Positions 12,003-30,191 of a DNA stretch of 49,268 bases are shown here, piece after piece. The DNA is taken from assembly GCA_020536535.1 (NCBI GenBank), contig JAHLWZ010000416.1, positions 1 through 49,268 of the forward strand, read 5' to 3'. Made by a program: the position numbers and the translations under genes. Under the pieces are notes generated by a model, which was given only the letters and a program-made list of their open reading frames with translations, was not told the DNA's origin and did no database searches. Each line of letters begins with the position of its first letter. Position 1 is the first letter of the stretch. Source of the DNA: Pelomyxa schiedti. Its lineage: Eukaryota > Protista > Evosea.

Positions 12003-13437
12003 ATGCCGCACCCGTTGTACCTCGAGTCCATCAACCGCATCATTCGCGAGACCTTGATCTTAAAGTTCAAGTGAGTGTACGTTGGTTGTAGTTTTTTTCC
12101 GCCGCTCGCGCCGACGCTTTTTTTTTTTTTTTTTTTTTGTGCAAAAAACCGGTGGTTTATGGCTAAAATACGATGGATTTTGTTATTTTTAATAGTGGTA
12201 ACTATTAACTGTTAATTTAACTGTATTATTATGAAGGGAAAAGACACCTGAGAACGTCGACATCACGGTTGCGGACTTCAACCAATGCTTGTGGAATATT
12301 TTTGGAACGCAAGAGAACCGCACGCTGTTGGTGTCTGCTTCATGCAGGTGCTGGGCTCAACTTCAAAAGTGGGGTGCCATGGACTACCTCAGAGCACAGT
12401 ATGGCGCAATGATTGTGGAGACGCGCCCAAAGTATGACATCACCCTCAGTGTTGAACCCCCCGCTGATCCGGGTATCTTATAATACGTTGCCTTTTACAT
12501 TTTCATTCCTTTTAATGCGCTTTGTAGCCGCGGACTGCACTGCCCTCGCCACCAAGGTTGCTTCTTTGTTGCGGAACATGATGGCTGGAGCCTTCCACGC
12601 TGTATGGACCATTTTTCCCTCGGTTAAAGAAATAACTCATGGTAGGTCTTTGATGCTGTTGGCAAAGTCGGCCCAGTGAGAGATATTCCATACCGCCCAA
12701 TGGAGGGACTGTGGCTTAAACCCGAAGGTGATCGTGTAATTGCAATTTTCTCCATCGCTTTCGACGATCCCGACGACCAAGTCATTGGCCGAGTTTTCCT
12801 TCAGGTATTTCTGGTTTTTGCACCAAAAGTATTTTTAACACACATCACCACAGGAATTCAGCAAAAACGTGAGCGGAGCCCCAAGCTGCAGCATTAGCGT
12901 CAAGGATCCCCCTCTCGAGTTGCAAGGAATCCGCGGAATCAAAGCCGACGGTTATGCCTCTTTCTGTAAGTTACAGCTTAACTTACCAAAATCCTAACAA
13001 ACTACAAAGTGCTGGAGGCCCGACACATGGCCCCTAGAGTACGCGAGCAGACCATCAACATGCTCCTTCAGTACCGCAACTACGTACACTACCATATCAA
13101 GGTACTTCCACACCAAAAACAACTAACTCCACTTCAACCAAACAACCCTCCCCGATTTCTTTTCTTGTTTTTTTTCAATTCGTTGTTTTTGTTTGTTTGT
13201 TTGTTTACTTACTCATCAGCAACACACCCCAACCCAAACAACACATTTCAACAACATCTACCAAGACTGGGCTATATATATAATCTAACTGCAACAAAAT
13301 AGTGCTCCAAGGCCTATTTGCACATTCGCATGCGCACACGTGCTGAGCTCCTCCTGAAAGTCCTCAACCGTGCCAAGGGTGAGAAGCCTGATGCCCCAAA
13401 GAAGACGGCCAGTGGCAGAACATTCACTCGCTCGTGA
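12003..13437 (+). CDS. ARPC2: Arp2/3 complex subunit 2 (p34-Arc), multi-exon
   Basis: MPHPLYLESINRIIRETLILKF; DRVIAIFSIAFDDPDDQVIGRVFLQEF; YRNYVHYHIK|CSKAYLHIRMR..LLKVLNRAK...KTASGRTF. Confidence 0.95.
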
Positions 13438-13499
13438 GGGGGGGTCTCGTTGTGTTGTCACCCTGAGTAACAATAAATACATGCCAAAATGATGTTTTC

Positions 13500-13945
13500 T
13501 TTCTTGAAGGATTTTGAAAGAGAGGTCCAGAAGCAAGTTCTCGTCTGTGATGGAGTTAGTGAACAGTACTGGCAATACATACTATCAACTACTTGGACTT
13601 TGTGAAACTCAATACTTGAGGAGGGCCAGCACAAGCAGGGCTATCAATGCCAAAATACACAAACAACCGAATGCAGCAAGGACAAGAAGGAGAATTTTCC
13701 ATGGTCCACTGGCAACTGTCAGTTTTATTTCCCGACATCTTGTCTCGGAGACGAGATTAATTAAGGAAGATTAATAGTATCACAGAGTAGGAGATTAATG
13801 CGTGCCATTTTTTGCAGCAGCATCTGGTGCTATTGGGGTGCACTTCTTTCTCCCTCTCAGCTTCCCTCTCGTTATGCAGTTTGCCCCACTTCTTATTATA
13901 CTCCTTCATTGCCACATCAAGATCCTTTGTTTGTGAACCTCCCAT
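13500..13945 (-). CDS. Small hypothetical protein with N-terminal MG..S motif and hydrophobic segment
   Basis: ATG ORF MGGSQTKD...CCCKKWHALISYSVILLIF. Downstream exons are uncertain. Confidence 0.3.
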
Positions 13946-14194
13946 TCTGTCAAATATATACTGCAGGAAAGGAAATTAATCAAAGGAATTAGATTGGTCA
14001 CAACGAATGGCATTCTCTCCGGTATCTCATGTCAACGAGTGACAATCTTTCTTTATTGGTCACTGCGGCCTCAGACAAGTTGTCGTTCGGCTTACCAACT
14101 TGTCCGCTGTCTGAGCTTTTTCGTTTTCCTGCTTCAACGAGTTTGTTCAGTTCTTTTTGTCTGTGCTGTTGGTCGTCTGACGAACCAACAAAAA

Positions 14195-14590
14195 ATGGGG
14201 GACGATCTGGACAACATGGGCACGCCTTCGTGGTTCCCGTACCCCGACGCGCAGTACCCCACCACCCCGCAACAGCAGCCCTACGCGACTACTACGTTCC
14301 CGCCCCCCCCGCCCCAGCCCCAGCAGCAGCAGCAGTCGCCGTTCGCGTCGCCGCCCTCGCCGCTGCCCGTCCCGATGGGGCCCAACACCACCCGGGTCAC
14401 GGTGGCGGTGGCCATGCCCATGACGATGATGATGCCGCCCTACGGCCACCCGGGGCTCCTGGACTCCCCCACTCCCGCGCCCACGCCCACGCCCACCACA
14501 GGCACAGGCACAGGCACAGGCAGCCCTGCTCAGCAGCCGGGCAGCCCAATGAACTACCATCAGCATAGTATGTATGATGGGCAGTTGACA

Positions 14591-14647
<57 letters not shown>

Positions 14648-15690
14648 GGGAGCCCCTTGCAGTTCCCTGCTACAAACGCGTTGACATACAACAATATCCA
14701 GCAGCCGGTATATTTTCCCTGAACTCTTAAAAAATAAATAAATAAGAATAAAAATAATTAAAAAATAAAAAATAATACTTATATTACACACAAGGTTCGC
14801 CTACGGTGTGTGCAATCATCTGGCCCGTCAAATTCCTTTTTTGCTCAGTGCCTTTGGGATCAATGGACAGGTACTTCCGCATTGCCCTGGGAAACTTTCC
14901 GGCAAGCATTCAGAGCAAAGTTTGGACAGGATATGCCCCAGAGCTTTATATACTACTGTAGGCAGCCAGCTAATTTTCCTTCTAAGGATTAAATCTTTTT
15001 TTCCAGTTAGGCCTTTGGCGACAATAAGCAAAAACAACCTTTCCATTGATCAAGTTACTTGGGTAAAGTTATGTGACTATCTCTTTTCTCATGAAGGACA
15101 ATTCGTGCTTGTATGTACTAGTTATATTCTATCTCATATTCCACTAACTCAAAAACCAGAACATTGCCGGTGAATGGATGCAGAGGTACGCAAAGGTCAT
15201 ATTCCAACTTTCTAACAAACAACTCAATCCAGATGGTTTTTCGCATTTACTCCAAAGGCAGAAATGGAAAACTTCTTGCGGCACAGGCCTCCTATGTCTA
15301 TTGCAATTCGTTGCTCTGACCAAGGCCAAGGGCTGTACTCTGTATCAATGCGAGATCATGTACTTTCACCTTTTTACACTCCCAACAACACCAAATTACA
15401 CATTCTGAATGCCAATCCAAACAAAAAACCAGAGCAACACCATAACCCACTCCCGAATTGGGCACCGATGGCAGAATGAACCAGGATACTGGTGCAACCA
15501 AGAGGACATGTGCGTGTACATAACCAATGATGACATCCCATCGCAGGCCACAGTTGGGTGGTACATCATACAGTACAGGGCACAGCCCAACCAGTACCAT
15601 CCCACAATGGAGCACCTGCTCCGTGGGCAGTTCTCAACCCACCAGCCCCTTGATGCCAATGTCTATGTACCTTCCCCTAACATTCCTTGA
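14195..15690 (+). CDS. Pro/Gln-rich protein with helical (EF-hand-like) module and SH2 domain, multi-exon
   Basis: polyQ at ~14590-14646. SH2-like WFFAFTPKAEMENFLRHRPPMSIAIRCSDQGQGLYSVSMRD at ~15234-15360, preceded by LPWETFRQAF...IDQVTWVKLCDYL. Confidence 0.6.
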
Positions 15691-15936
15691 GAAACACATC
15701 CTTCTACAGCCACCAAGTATTTGTAAAAAGGGGAAAAAAAAGCTTCTTCCTTTGTAGTATGATTCAGTAGAACTACACATCCCACACAAGTGCACAGTCC
15801 TTGAATTTTGATTGTAAACACTATTCCTTCCTCTGATACTTGTTTGTTCAACTTGTGATTGGAGAAGCAGTTTCCCACTGAAAGATCAAAAAATCAAGAA
15901 ATGTTTGGAGGGATAGTCATTCATTTTGAGGCAAAC

Positions 15937-17199
15937 TTAGTGAAGGAAGGAGAAATGCCGAATGATCTTAGAAAGGGGTGTGAAGAACCTGAGGGTGACG
16001 ATGTTGGCACCAGAGTACTCGTCGGTCACATGCATTTCCTTCTTTGACTTACTCATCTGGAACACGAGGCCACCTTCAACGAAAGCTTGTTCAGTTGTGC
16101 AACCCCTTGGGCATTCATGTGTCCGCACTGGATCGCTGAGGTCATTCACAGCCCAGACCTCATAGAAATCCCAACCAAAAACGCAGAAATGTGAACCGTT
16201 CAGCTGGGAAACTGCTCCACCAGATTGGAATCTCATGGTAATCCGTGGGATAATGTTGTGGACCTTGGAAGTACCCTCTTCGATCAGGGGGCAATTCTCA
16301 ATGGAGGAAGCCATGGGCAGAAATACATTTACACCAGTCTGTGTGTTCAGCACAAGGTGTGATCCCAGAAATATACCAGTTCCATCCCAATCTGGACATG
16401 TAGTTACACTTAGGACTGCCAGTTTTTTCAGCTGCCTGGTTTGCTCCAGGTCTACCAAGACCAGTTGGCCAGCAGTGTAGTGATAGAAGGAATCACAACA
16501 GCAAAGTAGCACTTGATCCTTGCAGTTCTCAACAAAGCAGAGCTCTGAGACATTATAGGCCGATGGAACTGCAGTTTCATGCACTGATCCAGGTCCATTT
16601 GGGAGTGCAGCAAATACAATCTCCTTTGAAGAGGCCTCACAATGCACCAACCACTTCCCGTTGCTGCCACTTTGAGACCACCTGAAAGAAGTACCTTCTT
16701 TGGTGAACCAAGTCAGCTCCCGTTTTGATAACAGCGAATATCTCTGGCCAGTCACTGTGTCCTGCAAAAAGTAATGAGCCCTCCTTTGCGCAACCAGGTA
16801 CCTCTGGTTGGCACCCAGCAGTGTGTATCTTCTCCTCTGCACCCACCACCTCATGTCCTGTGTCAGTGTCATCAGCACAGGTGACACCCCAAACGTGATC
16901 ATCAGTGTGTGGCCACACACACTCCTGAACCACACACAGTAGAACCTTGAGTTTTCAATAAGCCACCACCACAGCAGCCTCACAATCACGCGGCTATCAA
17001 TAGGAGCACCAAATCCGCTGATGTTGTTGTTGCCCGGCGGAGACATCAACAACATCAACGGGCAATTCGCGCCGCAGCGCGGGTGTGTCCCAACGGCCAG
17101 ACCCATAACCTGGTCTCTCAGCGCCTCCGTTGTTTCTGTTGATTTGACACAACCACCATGGCGTCGTCTCGCATCGATAGGCGCCCTCTCTGCACTCAT
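15937..17199 (-). CDS. Intronless hypothetical protein (lineage-specific family)
   Basis: 420-aa ATG ORF with RDQVMGLAVGTHPRCG N-terminal motif and a beta-rich C-terminus. No recognised domain. Confidence 0.7.
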   Translation of the reverse strand: MSAERAPIDARRRHGGCVKSTETTEALRDQVMGLAVGTHPRCGANCPLMLLMSPPGNNNISGFGAPIDSRVIVRLLWWWLIENSRFYCVWFRSVCGHTLMITFGVSPVLMTLTQDMRWWVQRRRYTLLGANQRYLVAQRRAHYFLQDTVTGQRYSLLSKRELTWFTKEGTSFRWSQSGSNGKWLVHCEASSKEIVFAALPNGPGSVHETAVPSAYNVSELCFVENCKDQVLLCCCDSFYHYTAGQLVLVDLEQTRQLKKLAVLSVTTCPDWDGTGIFLGSHLVLNTQTGVNVFLPMASSIENCPLIEEGTSKVHNIIPRITMRFQSGGAVSQLNGSHFCVFGWDFYEVWAVNDLSDPVRTHECPRGCTTEQAFVEGGLVFQMSKSKKEMHVTDEYSGANIVTLRFFTPLSKIIRHFSFLH

Positions 17200-17413
17200 C
17201 AGACCCGACGTTGGGTTTCTGGGAAGACCCAGATTCAGGCCTCAAAGTGGAGTCAGTGTGATTTTCCTGCGTACGTTCTCATGGCCCTTCTTCTAGCATT
17301 CACATTTAGATGACTGTGCCTCCTGCAAAGTTGCTGGTATGCAATTTTTCCCACATACTTGGTGGCACCACTCGCATTTTCCTTCGTTTGGGTAAACATT
17401 GTTAGTGACAAGT

Positions 17414-20409
17414 ATGGGACAGTCGTCGTCTTCATCCTCATCATCAAGTTCCTCATCTTCATCCTCATCATCGAGCGACGAAGGCGAGAGCCATCCCACA
17501 ATCCCTGCTGGCACGGTCCCAGCTTCCTGCTCAGCGTACCGTAATACCGCTGCAACTCACAGCGGCGTTCGTAAGCACTACGACCACCACGATTGCGGCC
17601 GAAGGCGGCATCCCACAATAGCCAAGGGAACGGCAGCGACTAATAAGACCGAAAAGAGTGCGGTGCGTGGAGCCCATAGCCATTGATTAGAACCAACAAA
17701 TTCACAAGNNNNNNNNNNNNNNNNNNNNNNNNNNNNNNNNNNNNNNNNNNNNNNNNNNNNNNNNNNNNNNNNNNNNNNNNNNNNNNNNNNNNNNNNNNNN
17801 NNNNNNNNCACGATTGCGGCCGAAGGCGGCATCCCACAATAGCCAAGGGAACGGCAGCGACTAATAAGACCGAAAAGAGTGCGGTGCGTGGAGCCCATAG
17901 CCATTGATTAGAACCAACAAATTCACAAGTTCAGGAATTGGGTTCACTTCAAGGTATAGATAGATGAGCTTTTCATTTATGAAAACCACTATTAGACTCG
18001 AGTACCATCTTTCAAGGGGATTCTCATGCTAGGCTTCCCACAGTCGAACACAATGATTTAGAGGATGAATGGAGCACAATCGACCCTCAAATACTACTAC
18101 ACATGCATATAAAGCAGGATAAGGATGAGAAGGCCATTTCCTGTAATAAGCAGGCAGTCTTTGTCCAACTTTCCAAGGACTTCAGTGGGCTGCAAATTGC
18201 AACGGAAAACCCTCATGGTTGACCTCATAACTTTGAATTGGTTTTTACTCTCTCCAGGTTGTATTGACTCGCAGCAGATGGCTTGTGTTACATCGTTCAT
18301 AGGACACTTTGGATGTGGCAAGTCTCAGATAATTCGATCTTTAATTCAAAAGAGCCTCTACGACTGCAATGGCCGGACTTTGACAGGTTCCCCCCACAAA
18401 AAAAAAGGTATTCAACAATTTCTTTTTCAATTCTCCTAGGTGATTGTTCATTTCCGATATCAGCCGACCCACAGTCAGATGCAAACCCAACCTCTCCTGA
18501 TATTGCACTTTGGTGCTACAAGAATCCACACACTAATCTGAGACAAATTGTATTAGATACTGAAGGAATCAAGGCAAATGCATTGCCATCTCTAGTATCT
18601 TTCCCATCAAAAAAAATAATAAAATACAAGTAAAAATAACTCCACCAAGTTGGCCTATCAAAATACTTCTGTCGATATTGGTATCCGCCGGAGTGAGATG
18701 GCTTCCCTGCTGTACCCACTTTTCTGCACGCTGGTTAGTGGTACAGTTGTATACGTCACTAGGATGGGGTTTAAAGATAAAACTGTGCAATCAGTTGGTA
18801 TACCCTTTTGATTTCTTTTCCTCATGGAACAAAGGAGCTTCTCCAGCTGTATGACCGACTTGATGAAATTCCTGTTCAAAGTGGAAATCCTTCCCTGGTC
18901 ATTATTTCCAATGCTTTCCGGGGGTTTTGTGTGTATAAGATATTTCATTCAACTCTGACTCGAAAAGCTGTAGAGGTGAATGCATCAGCGGACACTGAGC
19001 TTTCTGCGTGCCACATGATGTTACAAGAGCACTTCTCTGAGGTACGTTGGTTGCAACTCAGCACGTATTGTGGACCACTTGGGGATACCAAGGAAGCAAG
19101 ACAATATCACAAAGGGATATGCATACTTCAGGTACTTAGATAACTTCTCTTATTCTTTCTGAACTTATGGCATAAGAAAGTTTTGGACGATCTCTTTAAA
19201 CAAAGAATGCATACTCTGAATTATTCAGAGTCTGTTTGGTTTAAACTTGCTTCTGATGTAGCAAGGCACCTTCCCAAAGAGCCAGTTTCTGTAGTTAAAT
19301 TACTATGGAATATTCTTTCCTCTGCTTGGACCAATGACGATCAGTGGTTAGTTCCAGCTAGAATAACATATCTCCTTAATTTGTCTTAGTCAACGATTGT
19401 TTTATACCGTGCTGAATATTATTAAGCACGAGCGGCATGATATTGAAAGAATGAAGGTGATATCAAGGTTTGCAATCAAAGTGGGTGCACTCTATCACGC
19501 AGTAAAAATGAAAGAAGAGCTCCCTTTGCCGGTTCCACTTTGTGAGGTAGACCCCAACATCTTGCTAAAAAAAATAACCACAAATTCTACTCTCAGATTG
19601 AGAGCCCGGCCCTTGTGAGTGTTGAATGTGGCTTGAAACGCCTTCTGGAACAAATTTCTTTTATGCAACCATGTGAGGCCTACGTTTCATATGGCAATGG
19701 AGGAAGGATAAAGTGCTGTAAAGTCTTCATGCAACATGGCAACCGGCATTTATCTCAGGTTTACATCACAAAAATATAAATATTAATTAGTCCTTCAACA
19801 CATTCGTTTCTCAAACCACCACAGCCTCTCATGGTTGATGCTTTGCCAGAAAACACAGACTATGTACCGAAACTCAAGCGGACATTGTACCAAAGGTTCA
19901 ATTGGCCAACTACTTTCACCTGGAAAGGTGATTTTAAAGGTGAAAGGTGGGGTGCAGTCGAAACGCAAACAGAAACAACAATTTCCACAGTAACAGAACT
20001 TGCTCTCCTTGAGCATCAACAAACCACAGAACAACAAACAAAAACAACAACCACAACCACAACTACAACTACAACCACAGCAACAGGAACGGCAACACCC
20101 CAAGCAACAAGGAGAACAACAACAAGAATAACAAAAACCACACCACTACAGAGACTCTGGATGTCAACAATGCAAGAGGCTCTATCCAAATCATCACCAA
20201 AGGAAGTGCTTGAACTAGTTGTGCAGGAAATGAAGACCAACCTAGGCCCACTGCTTACCACAATGCACCCTGTGTCAAAAAAGGGCACTCCTCTGTGCTG
20301 CTTGTGCTTCATGGAAATACATCCGCCAGTAAAAAAGAGCACTTCTTGTAGGCATGTACTATGTCATCGTTGTGGTGCACTCTTTGATACTTGCCCATTT
20401 GATACATGA
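17414..20409 (+). CDS. GBP/atlastin-like P-loop GTPase with C-terminal RING finger, multi-exon
   Basis: G1 SFIGHFGCGKS, G3 IVLDTEG, Thr-rich linker, and C-terminal CCLC...CRHVLCHRC...CPFD RING. The start is inferred at MGQSSSS (17414). Confidence 0.65.
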
Positions 20410-20536
20410 ACATCTTACTCATACTCTTGAATAAAAGTATTTTCTTAATGTAAAAGGTACATGGAATCCTGGTTTATAATATTAGGTTTCGTTCAAGTGG
20501 TGATGAAAAGCACCATACCGGCAGATAATCATCTCT

Positions 20537-22215
20537 TTAATTTGGTGAGATGTTCTGGAAGTGTTGTGAGAATTTCAAGGGGAAGCTTTGCCCCATTGGA
20601 AGTGAATAATACTCTCCGCAGCTCGGTTGCTCTTTGATATTGGTGTGAGCGGGAGTTTTTAAATGAAAAGTTGTTGCGTACAGTACACTAGATTCCTCAG
20701 AATCAGAGGCGATGAAAACAAATGGGTGCAACTCAGTGGAGTAAAATGATAGAATGACTATGTAAGGCGCATCCTCTGCTGTGGAAACTGACTTCAAGCT
20801 AGAAAGCGGAACTTTCCACTGGTTTTTTTTTAGTTAATCGCTGTGTTGGGGGAAACATTACCAGGAGTGACTTGATATTGGGCTGACCTGGTGCTTTTGC
20901 TTTCAGACAATATAGGTTTTTGGTTGAAATCACAATACAGCGGTGATGCAGTTTAAGGTTCACACCATCAGTGGCACAGCCATAGAGGTGGTACTGGTAC
21001 AATTCCGATACATATGTGCCTTCAAAAAAGGCCTGGTTTACATTGCGGCTAAGACAAGTCATAGCCACTTGCCAGATAAAACCTTGATCCGGTTCATCAG
21101 GATCTTCTCCCACTTCCAGTGAAAGGGTTTTTGTCAATCTTAAAACATTAATTGCATAAAATATGCCGGAAGTACTGGTACATACACTTCACCCTTGGTA
21201 CGATAATAAATATCAATGGTATCATTCCCGTTATTGTGAGAAACACGGACAACATTCTGAAGGTCGCGCACCCACAGTTTTTTATAATTTCCTGACGCTT
21301 GTTGTGTTACTGTAGGGACTGGTGAGTAAGAAAATATGTAGTAATATATTAGCATGTAAATAGTTAAGTTTTTTTTTTTTAAACATGTAGATGATACAGG
21401 CAAAATAGTGCAGGTTAGTGAGTACAAGCAGCAAAGGTTTGACGATCTCACTAGAACCTGCGCATGGTAAATACCTTATGTGTTAACATTACCAAAATGC
21501 AAACGAACCTTTCTTCTCCCTCAACCACCAAGTTGCGTGTGCAATGTACTGCTCTTCCTCCACATTTTCAGCAAAAGGTTTCCCACTACAAAATAGTTTC
21601 TAAAACTTGCCAACACACACAAACAAATCTATACCAAATCCAAAACCGAAATAAACAATTGGCAAGCAAAGCAAAACCGATGCACAAATTCCAACATTCA
21701 CACACGCATAGAGATAGATAGGTATGCAGATGCACATACATAGCGTGCCTAGGCTGCAAGCACACAGTCCCGTTCGTTACCCTCCACACCACCCCCGCAC
21801 TGTTACTATTGCACAGCGGGCAGCAGCAGCAACAGCACACGCACCCCCCCGGTGAGCCCCCTTGCTCCTCGCCCCCTCCGCCCCCGCCTCCCCCACCCTC
21901 GCAGCACATGCACCCGCACGTCCCCCTCCCCCCACCGTGGTCCCTGCCGCCCCCCGCACCGCCGCCGCCGCCGCCCCCGCCGCCGCTGCTGCTGCTGGCC
22001 GAGGCGGCCCGCCACGAGTCGTCGCCCCCCAGCAGGGCGGATATGGTGGGGGTGGAGGCGGCCTGGGGCCCCGCCCAGTGCACCCGCGCCCGCGCCCCCG
22101 ACACCCCTGGCGTCTCCACCCCCACCGACGACCCCCTGCGGCCCCCCTCGTGCTGCTGCTGTCCGTGTCCGACACGCGCTCCCGTGCTGCTGCTCTTGCT
22201 GTGGCTGCTGCTCAT
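20537..22215 (-). CDS. Hypothetical protein with Gly/Cys-rich N-terminus and possible PH-like domains, multi-exon
   Basis: Exon ORFs 20537-21451. HHRCIVISTKNLYCLK...LSSLKSVST resembles PH/myosin-TH1-type folds. Confidence 0.45.
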
Positions 22216-22423
22216 CACCAGTCGGTCTTTCTTTGGTTCGGCGAAATCAACGTGAATGGAGATGATAAAATTTCGGCTGATCACTTGGGTGTAATGAAAA
22301 AAAGCATGGTTATGTCTGTTGACTGTGGCATTATACATGGTATGAGTAGTAGGTTTGTTGTTGGTTCCTAAACCTGTTCGTTGATTGTTGGTTTTGGAGG
22401 AAAGTGGGAGGTTGGTTGTAGTA

Positions 22424-29137
<6,714 letters not shown>

Positions 29138-29203
29138 CACCCTATGTTTTTGCGTTCTGTTTTCCGAAACATCAGAATTGACGAAAATCAATTTGATAGA
29201 ATA

Positions 29204-30052
29204 ATGAGCACGGCTGGTGGTAACAACAGTGGAAGTGGGAATGTATTGGAGTATTTGGTACTGGGTCTGCCCAACTGTGGCAAATCGTCACTCATAAAGA
29301 ACCTCCTCAGTGTGTCTTAGTATCCTCAAACTGCACCCGAAATACAAGTACTACTCAAAAACACAATAAAAAACATTTATTGCTTGTGTTGCCATTAGTT
29401 GGTTGATTGACAACTCCACTCATGGGACTCGACTATACTAACAACAATAAAGGAATGACAAAGAAGCAACGCCAAAAGCTCAGCGACTGTGCGCCACTAC
29501 CAACTGTACCAACTGTATGAACCCCGTATGACAACTTTGGGCTTTTACATTCAACCCCTCAACACAGAATGGAGTGGAGCACACAGTACTTACAAAAAAG
29601 ATTGCGTTGAGGGAAATTGGAGGTAGTTACATCCAATTGTGGCCTTCCTATCTCCCATCGGCCGCCGGGATAATTGTGTGTAACCCAAATTTAATCGGAA
29701 ATCGTATAACCTCAATGTCATCGGTTGTAGTTTGTTGTGGATGGTGTAAATAATGCCCAACTATCCGGCTCATTGATGTTGCTTATGACGCTCCTGACAA
29801 ATCCTGAGTTGGAGAAAAAGCCTAAGGCTGTGATTCTAAACAAGTGGTATGGGGTGCCAGTTTAGGCCTTTCTTTTACTGAATGTTTCACAGTGACACAC
29901 CACACTGCATGAGTCAATCGCAGCTCAGAGAGATTGGTAATTTTGATCAAGTGACTTTGGAGTCCCCCTTTTCCATTTTTGCAACAAGTTGTCTCAATGG
30001 AGAAGGGATTGAGTGTATTTACAGTTGGCTACAAACATCCAAAAAAGTCTGA
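29204..30052 (+). CDS. ARL16: ARF-like GTPase 16, multi-exon
   Basis: LGLPNCGKSSL; TVPT|NGVE; LREIGGSYIQLWPSY (ARL16-type REL/IGG in place of WDxGG); FVVD; ILNK; TSCLNGEGI..IYSWL. Confidence 0.8.
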
Positions 30053-30191
30053 AGCCATTTATTTTGAATGACAGGAACCCCATAAAGAAAAAGGAAGTTT
30101 TTTAATACATGGCTCATTTTGATCCTGGAAAATAACTCAAAAAAACACTTGACTTTGTATGGTAGCACTGTGGAGGAGGTATTGTTTTATG

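Noticed and set aside
17589-17928. ~120-bp exact direct repeat on either side of an N gap
   Set aside because: Identical contig-end overlap around a 100-N gap is a scaffolding artifact.
21777-22371. Multiple overlapping GC-rich ORFs
   Set aside because: Stop-poor GC-rich first exon; only one frame is plausible.
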